DNA of 64,000 bases from Parvibaculaceae bacterium (GTDB lineage Bacteria; Pseudomonadota; Alphaproteobacteria; Parvibaculales; Parvibaculaceae): positions 31,545-95,544 of the forward strand of contig JBDNIY010000003.1 of the NCBI GenBank assembly GCA_041688015.1, read 5' to 3'. Positions 54,285 through 64,000 of this stretch are shown one piece after another. Position 1 is the first letter of the stretch, and every line of letters begins with the position of its first letter. The notes beneath the pieces were generated by a model. The model made no database searches, was not told where the DNA came from, and was given only the letters and a program-made list of their open reading frames with translations. Made by a program: the position numbers and the translations under genes.

Positions 54285-55453
54285 TATGCGGCCTCCTTCA
54301 CGGCTTTGACGATTTTCTCAGCCGCGTCGGCGAGGTTGTCAGCGGAAATGATCGGCAGCCCGCTGTCTGCCATGATTTTTTTGCCCAGATCGACATTCGT
54401 GCCTTCCAACCGCACAACCAGCGGCACGGCAAGTTTGACCTCTTTGGCCGCGGCCACCACGCCCTCTGCGATAATATCGCAGCGCATGATACCGCCGAAG
54501 ATATTGACCAAAATGCCTTCGACATTCTTGTCCGACAGGATGATCTTGAAGGCTTCCGTCACCTTCTCCTTCGTCGCGCCGCCGCCCACATCAAGAAAGT
54601 TGGCTGGTGCCGAGCCATAGAGCTTGATGATGTCCATCGTCGCCATGGCCAAGCCTGCGCCGTTGACCATGCAGCCGATCTGGCCGTCGAGCTTGATGTA
54701 ATTGAGATCATATTCCGACGCCTTCACTTCGGCGGGGTCTTCTTCGCTCAGATCGCGCAGCGCCACGATGTCCTTGTGGCGGTAGAGCGCATTGCTATCA
54801 AAGCCGACCTTAGCATCAAGGCAGATCAAATCGCCTGCGCCGGTCACCACCAGCGGATTGATTTCCAGCATCGCCATGTCTTCGGTGGTGAAGGCCTTAT
54901 AGAGCTTGGCAACCAGCGCCACGCCCTGTTTCACCTGATCGCCTTCAAGCCCCAGCGCATAAGCAATCTTGCGACCATGAAAAGCCTGAATGCCCGCTGC
55001 GGGGTCAACCGAGAGCGAAATGATTTTTTCCGGCGTCTTATGCGCCACTTCTTCGATGTCCATGCCGCCTTCGGTGGAAGCAATGAAGGAAACGCGCGAG
55101 GTTTCGCGGTCCACCACGATGGAGAGGTAAAGCTCGCGCTTAATGTCGGAGCCCTCTTCCACATAAACGCGCTGCACCAGCTTGCCCGCAGGCCCCGTCT
55201 GATGTGTCACCAGCGTCATGCCGAGCATCCGGGTGGCTTCTGCCTTCACATCGTCCAATGACTTCACGACCTTGACGCCGCCGCCCTTACCACGCCCACC
55301 GGCATGGATCTGCGCTTTAACGACATAGACCGGCCCGCCGAGCTTCTTGGCTTCGGCCACCGCTTCATCGGCACTAAAGGCGGGCCCACCCTTGGGAACG
55401 GGCACGCCATATTTGGCAAGCACTGCTTTGGCTTGGTATTCGTGGATATTCAT
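54284..55453 (-). CDS. sucC: ADP-forming succinate--CoA ligase subunit beta
   Basis: [10 protein letters not shown]-terminus with an ATP-grasp layout. Its stop shares 1 nt with the sucD start. Confidence 0.96.
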   Translation of the reverse strand: MNIHEYQAKAVLAKYGVPVPKGGPAFSADEAVAEAKKLGGPVYVVKAQIHAGGRGKGGGVKVVKSLDDVKAEATRMLGMTLVTHQTGPAGKLVQRVYVEEGSDIKRELYLSIVVDRETSRVSFIASTEGGMDIEEVAHKTPEKIISLSVDPAAGIQAFHGRKIAYALGLEGDQVKQGVALVAKLYKAFTTEDMAMLEINPLVVTGAGDLICLDAKVGFDSNALYRHKDIVALRDLSEEDPAEVKASEYDLNYIKLDGQIGCMVNGAGLAMATMDIIKLYGSAPANFLDVGGGATKEKVTEAFKIILSDKNVEGILVNIFGGIMRCDIIAEGVVAAAKEVKLAVPLVVRLEGTNVDLGKKIMADSGLPIISADNLADAAEKIVKAVKEAA

Positions 55454-55921
55454 TCGCTATGTCCGGGCTGAAAGGGACGGAGCAAAACCGCGCTGCCCCC
55501 ATTTAAAATATCGACTCTGGGAAATATCGACTGTGGAACTTCGGTTAATGCGAGTTATAGCACCCAAGTCCGCTGGTGCAATCGCCAAATGCTGAATCTC
55601 GGTTCATCGCATTGACCGGCTTCAAATAGCGCCATTTGCTTACAAAACTCTAAATAAGTTAGCGGCAGCGAGCGCCATAAGCTCACCCTGCGTCCGATAG
55701 GCGGCGACCCCAGAGGTCACCAAGCCAGCCTCTGCCTACATCACATTATTTCCCGTAAAATAATTGTCCTTGCCCAAAACCCATTTCTTAAATTCCCGCC
55801 AATTGCCCCGCCCCGTGGCAATGATGATACAGTCGCCAAAACATGGCGCAACCGCCTCTGAGCGGTCAAGTCGTTGTATTGATCCGAGGCATGGGGAGAG
55901 CCGCACAGCGGCCAATTTCAG

Positions 55922-57955
55922 ATGAATCAACTCAAAAACCTCTGGGCGCGTTGTGCGCCCGGCATGAGTGCACGTTTCCGTCTTGCGCTCTATATGGCCG
56001 CTGGCGCCATGGCGACCTTCACGCTGCTGCGCCTCTTTTTGCTCACCGTGCTGGCCTCACCGCCGGCTGATCGCCCGCTGGGCGACATTATCCAAGCGCT
56101 CGCCCAAGGGGCCCTCCACGATCTCGGCGTCGCCTTGATCTTCGGCACGGTCTATCTCGTTTTGTTCAATATCCGCGGGCGCGCTTGGCCGAAAAAATGG
56201 GGCCGCGGCACGCTGCGTACCATCTTGACGCTCGGCATTTTCCTGCTGCTGTTCAGCGCCATTGCCGAAATCCTGTTTTGGGACGAGTTCGACAGCCGCC
56301 TCAACGGCATCGCGCTCTATTATCTGATCTTCCCGCGCGAGGTGATCGGCAATCTACAAGAATCCTTCAATGCCGGCCTCTATACGCCGATGGTTGCGGC
56401 CCTCGCGCTGGTGCTTTCTTGGTTGATCCGCCGCCCCACCGCCGCCGCCCTCAACACGGACCAGCCCAAAGGCCAGCGCTTGCGTGAATTCGGCGCGGCC
56501 GCGCTCGCCCTCATCATCGTCCTGCCGTTGGCGCGCGCCCTGCCGCTCGACATCAGTGACAACCGCGAAGTCAGCCAGCTTTCCTATAATGGCTGGAACA
56601 CCTTTATCAGCGCGGCGTTCACCAACGATCAGGACTATGACGGCGTCTATCCCGGCATGGACGAACAAGAAGCCATCAAGGTGTTGCGCAAGCTCGTCGC
56701 CCAGCCCAACACGACCTTCATTGACCCCGACAATGTGCGCTCCATCCTGCGCTATGTGGACAATGGCAACACACCACGCAAACTCAACATCGTCATCGTG
56801 ACGAACGAGAGCTTTGGCTCCAAGTTTGTTGATGTGCTGGACAATCCCTCAGGGATCATTCTCACCCCCGCCCTTGACAAGCTCTCAAAAGAGAGCCTCT
56901 TCTTTACCAATATCTATCCCTCAGGCGACCGCACCGTGCGCGGTCTTGAAGCCACCGAAACGGGCTTTGCACCCATCCCCGGCATCTCGACCACACGCCG
57001 GAGCGAATCCCTCGACATGTATTCACTGCCCTATCTCCTCAAGAGCTTTGGCTACAACACCACCGTGCTCTATGGCGGTCGTGCTGTGTTCGACAATATG
57101 GGCACCTTCTGGAAGGGCATCGGCTTTGATCCCGTCTGGGATGAAGCCGACATTCGCCACGACAGTTTCACCACCGCTTGGGGTGTCTCAGACGAAGACC
57201 TCTACACCGAAGCCCTGCGACGCATGGATGAATTGTCGGCGGAGAAAAAACCGTTCCTGCTCACCATGATGACGGTGTCAAACCACCGCCCTTATGAATT
57301 CCCGCAAGATCACGTCAAATATGATCCCGAGCTGTATAACCGCTACAACTCGGCGCGCTATGCCGACTGGGCCTATGGCGACTTTATCGAACGCGCCAAA
57401 GCGCATGGTTGGTTTAACAACACCGTCTTCGTTTTCGTGGCTGACCATAGCGAAAAGGTCAACGGCTCGGCGCAGGTGCCGTTGCAAAACATGCGCATCC
57501 CGATCCTGATCTACAGCCCCAAAAACATCGCCCCACAAACCGTGCCGACGCTCGGCGCCCAGCTTGATTTGATCCCGACACTGATGGGTCAATTGGGCTT
57601 TTCCTATGTCAGCCCCTTCTTCGGCAAAGACATCATGAAACTGCCCGCCGATGGCGGCTGGACCTCAACGGCGTTCAATTTCTCAATCGCCTATAGCCGC
57701 CCCGGTCATGCCGTTGTGCTTCGCCCGCAGCAAAAAACTTTGGGCTATGCCTTCACACCTGGCCTGATACCACTCAAGCTAGAAACGCCTGACCCCGAAA
57801 CCGTGAAGGAAGCCATAGCCCTGACCCAGACCGCGCATCACATGTTCTATCACCACCAGTATCATATGCCGGCTGACCACAAATGGCCGCAGTATGATCC
57901 AGCGACAAAGAAGCTCGTCGAGGCGAAACCCGTCGCGCCAACCACCACGCCTTAA
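55922..57955 (+). CDS. LTA synthase / phosphoglycerol-transferase-like sulfatase-family membrane protein
   Basis: About 5 N-terminal TM helices followed by an alkaline-phosphatase-superfamily domain (NIVIVTNESFG, DRTVRGLEA, WGVSDEDLY, TVSNHRPYEFP, FVFVADH). Confidence 0.8.
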   Translation: MNQLKNLWARCAPGMSARFRLALYMAAGAMATFTLLRLFLLTVLASPPADRPLGDIIQALAQGALHDLGVALIFGTVYLVLFNIRGRAWPKKWGRGTLRTILTLGIFLLLFSAIAEILFWDEFDSRLNGIALYYLIFPREVIGNLQESFNAGLYTPMVAALALVLSWLIRRPTAAALNTDQPKGQRLREFGAAALALIIVLPLARALPLDISDNREVSQLSYNGWNTFISAAFTNDQDYDGVYPGMDEQEAIKVLRKLVAQPNTTFIDPDNVRSILRYVDNGNTPRKLNIVIVTNESFGSKFVDVLDNPSGIILTPALDKLSKESLFFTNIYPSGDRTVRGLEATETGFAPIPGISTTRRSESLDMYSLPYLLKSFGYNTTVLYGGRAVFDNMGTFWKGIGFDPVWDEADIRHDSFTTAWGVSDEDLYTEALRRMDELSAEKKPFLLTMMTVSNHRPYEFPQDHVKYDPELYNRYNSARYADWAYGDFIERAKAHGWFNNTVFVFVADHSEKVNGSAQVPLQNMRIPILIYSPKNIAPQTVPTLGAQLDLIPTLMGQLGFSYVSPFFGKDIMKLPADGGWTSTAFNFSIAYSRPGHAVVLRPQQKTLGYAFTPGLIPLKLETPDPETVKEAIALTQTAHHMFYHHQYHMPADHKWPQYDPATKKLVEAKPVAPTTTP

Positions 57956-57973
57956 GCGCATCCCCTTACAACG

Positions 57974-58006
57974 AAAGCCCCGTAGATAAACTGCGGGGCT
58001 TTTTTG
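57974..58006 (+). terminator. rho-independent terminator
   Basis: AGCCCCG (57976-57982), an 11-nt loop, CGGGGCT (57994-58000), then TTTTT. Confidence 0.8.
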
Positions 58007-58039
58007 TCGGCGCGCCTTAAGTACGATCCCAAACCTAAA

Positions 58040-58120
58040 CCGTCATGCCCCTGCCCCGACTTGATCGGGGCATCAATCTCACCACATCCAATGACGCAAA
58101 AGAGGGATCACCCGATCAAG
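58040..58120. repeat. REP/RIME-like palindromic elements
   Basis: CCGTCATGCCCCTGCCCCGACTTGATCGGGGCATC (stem CCCCGA/TCGGGG) and GGATCACCCGATCAAGTCGGGTGATGACG (8-bp stem TCACCCGA/TCGGGTGA). Near-identical copies occur at 60515-60620. Confidence 0.7.
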
Positions 58121-58160
58121 TCGGGTGATGACGACAACGTGTAAAGACACAAAAAAAGAC

Positions 58161-58345
58161 CCTCATCCTGAGGAGGCGCTCTTGCGCCGTCTCGAAGCCT
58201 CATCCTGAGGAGGCGCTCTTGCGCCGTCTCGAAGCCTCATCCTGAGGAGGTGCTCTTGCGCCGTCTCGAAGCCTCATCCTGAGGAGGTGCTCTTGCGCCG
58301 TCTCGAAGCCTCATCCTGAGGAGGCGCTCTTGCGCCGTCTCGAAG
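58161..58345. repeat. tandem array, 5 x 37 bp (CCTCATCCTGAGGAGGYGCTCTTGCGCCGTCTCGAAG)
   Basis: Five head-to-tail units begin at 58161, 58198, 58235, 58272 and 58309. Units 3 and 4 carry GGTGCT where the others have GGCGCT. The same unit occurs at 60417-60490 as one diverged and one intact copy. Confidence 0.95.
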
Positions 58346-58380
58346 GACGAGGCCACTCACGCCCCCAAGCCGTCATGCCC

Positions 58381-58434
58381 CAAACTCAAACTCAAACCCA
58401 AACCCAAACCCAAACCCAAACCCAAACCCAAACA
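58381..58434. repeat. hexanucleotide microsatellite (CAAACT)2(CAAACC)6(CAAACA)
   Basis: Nine consecutive hexamers, ending 4 nt before the stop codon of the minus-strand monooxygenase gene. Confidence 0.95.
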
Positions 58435-58438
58435 ATGC

Positions 58439-59641
58439 CTAGGCACTGTCCATTACCTTGGAAATATCCTTGATGAGCCGCCTCAACGTATAAAACCGCA
58501 TCATCTGATCGCGCGCCCATGCGACGCGCGGCGATGAAACAAACATGAGCCGTGCCAGATTGCGCGAATTCTGTTGCGCCAGCTCCACGCGATGCCGCTG
58601 GCGCTTTTCATAAAGCTCAAGCGCATGGCCCATATGAGGCGCGTCGGCACGCGAAAGTTCATCGGCAAGCGCGGCGGCTGAATCCATCGCCACCGACGCG
58701 CCGACCCCTGCCGTTGGCAAAAACGCCGCCGCCGCATCACCTAGCAACACCACACGTCCACGCGACCAGACGCGCGCCCGACAATCTGCCATCGGCCAAT
58801 AGAAGCTCGGCGCATCACGGTCGCGCATTTTCAACACATCAAGAAAAGGCCCCTTCGGCAACCGTGCTTCAATGGCGACGGCATAGCTTTCCGCGTCTGT
58901 CTCTTGCAACACGGCGTCTGGCCCGGCCAAAAAAATACCCACCCGCCCCGGCACTGGATAGAGCCCCATCCCCCAGCCCGCCGCCCATAATTCGCGGTAG
59001 GTGTCGGGATGTTCAACGTGCCCCTTGCTCCAGATCACCCAGCCGCCCCAGCCCGTCTCAAACGGCTCAACTTCTTTGGGCTTGAGCACCAGCGCGCGCG
59101 TCTGCGAATGCATACCGTCTGCCGCCACCACCAGATCGACACGTGTGCGCGAGCCATCATGGAACGTCACGTCCGCGCCATCGTCCTCTTGCGCAATCGT
59201 ACTGACGCTGGCGTCATAGATGATCGACCCGCAGGCCCCGCGCAATAGCGCAAGCAAATCACCACGCTCAATGCCGTCAAGCGAGCCAAACCGATCCACC
59301 AGTGGGGCCATCGGATAGCGCCGGATCAGCCGCCCGCGCCGATTGTGCATGGCGTAATAATTCATCGCTAGGCTTTTTGCGCGTAACGGCGCGGCCAAGT
59401 TGAGCCCGTTCAACACGCGCCCCCCCAGCGGCATCAGGCCAAGCATGTAGCCATTATCTAAGGCATCTTTGTTGCGCTCAATCACAGCCACACGTTCGCC
59501 ACGTTGGCTGAGCAGCGCCGCCAGCGTCGCCCCCGCAATGCCCGCCCCGACAATCAAAATGCGCAGCCGTGCACCGTCCAACTGGCGCGCCACTTGATCG
59601 CCAACCGACGGTGTGGGCATCTTTGCATCGCTCATGGTCAA
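58439..59641 (-). CDS. FAD-dependent monooxygenase (UbiH/salicylate-hydroxylase-like)
   Basis: ILIVGAGIAGATLAALL dinucleotide-binding motif and GDAAAAFLPTAGVGASVAMDSAAALADEL. Confidence 0.85.
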   Translation of the reverse strand: MTMSDAKMPTPSVGDQVARQLDGARLRILIVGAGIAGATLAALLSQRGERVAVIERNKDALDNGYMLGLMPLGGRVLNGLNLAAPLRAKSLAMNYYAMHNRRGRLIRRYPMAPLVDRFGSLDGIERGDLLALLRGACGSIIYDASVSTIAQEDDGADVTFHDGSRTRVDLVVAADGMHSQTRALVLKPKEVEPFETGWGGWVIWSKGHVEHPDTYRELWAAGWGMGLYPVPGRVGIFLAGPDAVLQETDAESYAVAIEARLPKGPFLDVLKMRDRDAPSFYWPMADCRARVWSRGRVVLLGDAAAAFLPTAGVGASVAMDSAAALADELSRADAPHMGHALELYEKRQRHRVELAQQNSRNLARLMFVSSPRVAWARDQMMRFYTLRRLIKDISKVMDSA

Positions 59642-59677
59642 TCCCTTTTCTCAGCACATCTATCATCTGTTATCAGA

Positions 59678-60337
59678 TTATTTTTTGGCTGGGCGCTTCA
59701 CCATCGCTTTGAACATGCCCAGCACTTCGGCGTTAAGGCGCAAGGCTTCATCAGGCGTGAGCGCTGTCCAATGTGTTGCAAACCAACGGTCGGCCTCGCG
59801 TGCCGCGCCAAAGATCATCTCGACCAACAGCGTTTGCGGCAGATCATCGCGCACCGCGCCCACCGCTTGGCCCGCGACAATCCATTGGTCAAGGCTGGCA
59901 CGAAACCGCGAGACGAGATCGCCGACCGCCTCAAGACTGCCTGCACTGTCATAAATCCCGCGCGCCAGTGTCGCGAGTGGCGCGTCGGCAACCAGCACCA
60001 TGGTAAGCCGCGAAAACACACCTTCAACCTGCGCCCAGAAGGCGCGCGACGATGTCGGTGCCACAAAATGAAAATCCATCTGGGCGGTCAACCGCTCAAA
60101 GCCGCGCTCGATCACCGCGCGATATAGGTCGGCCTTGCCGGTGACATAATAGTAGGCCTGCCCCTTGCTCATACCCGCATCCGCCAAAATGCGATTGAGC
60201 GAAGCCGCCTCAAATCCATGCGCTAAAAATTCACGCGCCGCCGGATCAAGCAATTCAGCGCGGCGTTCTGCACTTAAGCCCAGCAGGCGATCTCGCGGCG
60301 CTTCTTTTTTAGGGGGTGCAGGCTTAGCGCGCGTCAT
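59678..60337 (-). CDS. TetR/AcrR family transcriptional regulator
   Basis: N-terminal HTH AAREFLAHGFEAASLNRILADAGMSKGQAYYYV. It lies upstream of, and on the same strand as, the monooxygenase. Confidence 0.88.
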   Translation of the reverse strand: MTRAKPAPPKKEAPRDRLLGLSAERRAELLDPAAREFLAHGFEAASLNRILADAGMSKGQAYYYVTGKADLYRAVIERGFERLTAQMDFHFVAPTSSRAFWAQVEGVFSRLTMVLVADAPLATLARGIYDSAGSLEAVGDLVSRFRASLDQWIVAGQAVGAVRDDLPQTLLVEMIFGAAREADRWFATHWTALTPDEALRLNAEVLGMFKAMVKRPAKK

Positions 60338-60358
60338 GACAAATGTCCTTCGCCGCTG

Positions 60359-60387
60359 AATTTAGACCGATGGTCTAAATTTGTCAA
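60359..60387 (-). promoter_or_regulatory. candidate tetR promoter with overlapping 10-3-10 perfect palindromic operator
   Basis: AATTTAGACC-gat-GGTCTAAATT spans 60359-60381. On the minus strand, TTGACA (60387-60382) is followed by a 17-nt spacer and TAAATT (60364-60359), 22 nt upstream of the tetR ATG. Confidence 0.6.
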
Positions 60388-60412
60388 AACCAACCCAAAG
60401 CCATGACACAAA

Positions 60413-60625
60413 AAACCCTCATCCTGAAGAGGCGCCCTCGCGCCGTCTCGAAGCCTCATCCTGAGGAGGCGCTCTTGCGCCGTCTCGAAGGACGAGGCCC
60501 CTCACGCCACCAAGCCGTCATGCCCCTACCCCGACTTGATCGGGGTATCAACCGGGGCATCCAGCTCTCTCCGCATGGTGAGCCCAAGATGGATCACCCG
60601 ATCAAGTCGAGTGATGACGAATATG
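60413..60625. repeat. composite REP/RIME-like block (two 37-bp-type units plus two hairpin elements)
   Basis: CCCTCATCCTGAAGAGGCGCCCTCGCGCCGTCTCGAAG, then CCTCATCCTGAGGAGGCGCTCTTGCGCCGTCTCGAAGGACGAGG, then CCGTCATGCCCCTACCCCGACTTGATCGGGG, then GGATCACCCGATCAAGTCGAGTGATGACG. Confidence 0.75.
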
Positions 60626-60660
60626 AAGCTACGCTTTCACGTCCACCATCAACCAAACCC

Positions 60661-61818
60661 TCAAAACAAACTGCTCACCGACACCGCCGTGGAATTTCCC
60701 GGCAGCGTAATCAACATGCCGTCTTGGCCGACTTTCGTCTCGCCATCGCCACGCGCCGCCGCCACGCCGCGCATGAACATATGCTTGGCCAAAGCGTTAG
60801 GCAGCGGCGGCACAAGATGCGATAGGACCAGCAGCTTCACATGCGCGGCCTTGGCAATCTCGGCGGCCTCGACGGGCGAGGTGTGATAATTGATCGTGTC
60901 GTTCAGCATCTTGGCCAAACGCGGGCTGCCTGCGTCCCTGACCGGGTCTTCCAGCAGTTTGACCATGTCGTGGTTCAGCGCCTCATGCACCAACAGATCA
61001 GCATTTTGTGAAAACCGCTCAACGCTTTCGGTCTTCTTGGTGTCGCCACTAAAAACCGCGACGCGGCCTGCATATTCGACCCGGTAGCCATAGGCGGGTT
61101 TGACCGGTCCATGATCAACAAGAAACGCGGAAATCTTCAACCCGTCGCGATCATAGACGGGCACCAGCTCATCCATCGCCGGAGTGGGAATCTCATGCCC
61201 CACCATATCTGCGCCATTGGGATTGAGATAATCAGCCCCGTGATGAAGGATGCGGTAGGCCGCATCATCGTCATAGGCCAAGGTGAACCCATGCACCACA
61301 TCAAGCACGCTCTTGGTACCAAAATGATGACCCTTGTCGTCAGCATCAGCGGTCGGCTCAGGCAAAGCGCCTGGCCCCCAGACGTCGAGCGGCTTGATGC
61401 GCCCATTGATCCAGCTTTGCACGCCGAACTCGCCCAGATCACCAATATGATCCGAGTGCAGATGAGTGAGCAACACCGTATCGATCTTGCCGCCGGGCAA
61501 ACGCATTTGAGAAAACTTCGCCCAGGAGCCGGGGCCGGTGTCGATGATAACGATATGCCCGCCCGCAATCACCGCCGAGCAGGCATTGGCCCGCGTCGGA
61601 TCGGGCATCGGCGAGCCTGTGCCACACAGCGCCACATGCAGCGCACCGTCGGTGAGCAAGTTGGCCGTGGCATTGCCCGCAAGCCGCGCTTTGATGGTCC
61701 GCACCATCGCCGCGTCCTGAACGCTCGGCACGGTCCAGATGACCGCAAAGCCAGCTACCAGCACGACGCCCACTGCGACAACAATCCCCGCCACTATCTT
61801 TGTGATTTTTCTGCTCAT
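60661..61818 (-). CDS. MBL-fold metallo-hydrolase with N-terminal membrane anchor
   Basis: Trimmed to MSRKITKIVAGIVVAVGVVLVAGFAVIW. The metallo-beta-lactamase motif is THLHSDHIGD. Confidence 0.82.
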   Translation of the reverse strand: MSRKITKIVAGIVVAVGVVLVAGFAVIWTVPSVQDAAMVRTIKARLAGNATANLLTDGALHVALCGTGSPMPDPTRANACSAVIAGGHIVIIDTGPGSWAKFSQMRLPGGKIDTVLLTHLHSDHIGDLGEFGVQSWINGRIKPLDVWGPGALPEPTADADDKGHHFGTKSVLDVVHGFTLAYDDDAAYRILHHGADYLNPNGADMVGHEIPTPAMDELVPVYDRDGLKISAFLVDHGPVKPAYGYRVEYAGRVAVFSGDTKKTESVERFSQNADLLVHEALNHDMVKLLEDPVRDAGSPRLAKMLNDTINYHTSPVEAAEIAKAAHVKLLVLSHLVPPLPNALAKHMFMRGVAAARGDGETKVGQDGMLITLPGNSTAVSVSSLF

Positions 61819-61954
61819 GTCGCGCTCCCCATTGTCCCCGGTCTTTCGGGATCCAAATCCCTGACCTAAAATATCCCCAACGGGGAACATCATCTCTCCC
61901 CATGATTAATGGACAACATTAATTAGATTGTCCTCGTTTGGCAAGCGGGGATAA

Positions 61955-62008
61955 ACGCCAAAAACAAAACGTCAAAAACAAACGGACGGCGCTTGCGCAC
62001 CGTCCGTT
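61955..62008 (-). terminator. rho-independent terminator of mdh
   Basis: Perfect 9-bp stem AACGGACGG (61981-61989) with CCGTCCGTT (62000-62008). On the minus strand it is followed by TTGTTTTTGACGTTTTGTTTTTGG. Confidence 0.75.
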
Positions 62009-62088
62009 CTGATATCGTTTCAAGTCTCGACCTACCTCGACATGAATAGGCTCGAAACAGCTCGAATTTGTGCAGGAAAGGCTCGGAA

Positions 62089-63159
<1,071 letters not shown>

Positions 63160-63346
63160 TCATAGCGCGAATCCGCGAAAACCGCAATAAACAGCGCATC
63201 ACGGTTAACTAACAATTGCACTCTTTGTTGACGAAGAACCCCGCTGGGCGCACCCTCCCGTTTTGATACAGGCAAGATGCGGGCATTTTCCGCACCAATG
63301 CCCGCCGCGGGGGCGGCGCTCAGTCGAGTGCGTAGGGGCGGTAAGT

Positions 63347-63790
63347 ATGACAGAGCATTTTAGCATGAGTTTGGCACGACGCTTGGGCCTCGCGGCCATG
63401 ATAGTCAGCTTGGCTGGCTGCACGGTCCCTGCTGTTGTCAGCCTCACACAGGCAAAAATCCTCTCGCTTGCGGGCCTCAGCGCCAACATCATGTCAGGCC
63501 ATGATTTTTCAAAACAAAGCGGTTCCGCCGCCGCCGAACTTGACCCTGAATTGCTAGGCTTTGCGCCGATTGATCGCCGTGCCGCGGAAGACTTCTCGCT
63601 TGAAATCGCCCGCAAACAGAACGCGGGCCTTGAGGCCCCAATGCTCTCCTTTGGCATGTTGTCAGCCACCTTCGGCTCGTCTTACACTTACGAATTGAGT
63701 GTGAAACCCGGTCCAGACGGGGCGCGCCTTGCGGCAGCAACGCCTGAACGTGCCGGCCGCATCCTGCTCACGCCCGGCCATGGCGGCTGA
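63347..63790 (+). CDS. hypothetical lipoprotein
   Basis: Signal peptide with lipobox (LGLAAMIVSLAGC). The start is uncertain between 63347 and 63365. Confidence 0.55.
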   Translation: MTEHFSMSLARRLGLAAMIVSLAGCTVPAVVSLTQAKILSLAGLSANIMSGHDFSKQSGSAAAELDPELLGFAPIDRRAAEDFSLEIARKQNAGLEAPMLSFGMLSATFGSSYTYELSVKPGPDGARLAAATPERAGRILLTPGHGG

Positions 63791-64000
63791 CCGAGACGTC
63801 TGATTTCTCTATCAAAGTTCAAAATTTTGTAGGCTAGGCAAGCGTTTAGCCATACTTTCGCACGCCTCCCACCGATCCAGACATAAAAAATAACCCGCAA
63901 AGGGCTTGGCGCCGACTAACTTCGATATATCTTAGTTATTCGGAGAAATATATGTTCAACCATCACCACGACCGGCACCGCAAAAGTTGGGGCCGGGGCC

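Noticed and set aside
58161-58345. Possible CRISPR array
   Set aside because: The 37-bp units are directly adjacent with no unique spacers. There are no cas genes, and the unit belongs to a dispersed REP-like family. It is a tandem repeat, not a CRISPR array.
60403-60886. 140-aa and 116-aa plus-strand ORFs
   Set aside because: They are translations of the REP-like block and of the antisense of the 3' end of the MBL hydrolase gene. They have repeat-derived peptide sequence and no SD.

Overview
This is a 64-kb chromosomal segment of roughly 60% GC. Gene content and order suggest an alphaproteobacterium of the Hyphomicrobiales/Rhizobiales type (pcs, rplU-rpmA-GNAT-obg-proB-proA-nadD-rsfS-rlmH, gpmI-envC-ctpA-yibQ-rppH, atpHAGDC, priA, tal, DUF484-xerC, lpdA-sucBA-sucDC, mdh). 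That assignment is an inference.

Most of the window is ordinary housekeeping DNA. The clear accessory region is a ~9-kb integrative mobilizable element (about 8.15-17.2 kb) abutting tRNA-Ser(CGA).
- It carries a large serine recombinase whose reading frame runs antisense through the whole tRNA gene.
- It also carries a DUF3363/VirD2-type relaxase with no T4SS, a HigBA toxin-antitoxin pair and a small possible directionality factor.
- Its only cargo is a tightly translationally coupled four-gene cassette: a DUF4258-like small protein, a 483-aa orphan, a PD-(D/E)XK nuclease-like protein, and a 2-TM glycine-zipper membrane protein. I cannot assign this cassette to any named system. It is my best candidate for an undescribed defence or abortive-infection module.

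Other points worth a second look:
- A decaying two-component system: a response regulator with two in-frame TAG codons, and a kinase with a TAA plus a frameshift.
- A porin pseudogene next to the element.
- RsfS with a long Lys/Ala/Pro-rich extension and a possible non-canonical start.
- A low-GC two-gene glycan-modification insert between priA and atpH.
- A 6.6-kb insertion separating mdh from sucCDAB.
- A family of REP/RIME-like intergenic palindromes, including a 5 x 37-bp tandem array followed by a CAAACC microsatellite.
- A perfect TetR-type operator palindrome.

I saw no rRNA, CRISPR array, IS transposase or prophage. All function calls rest on motif recognition by eye and no searches were run.
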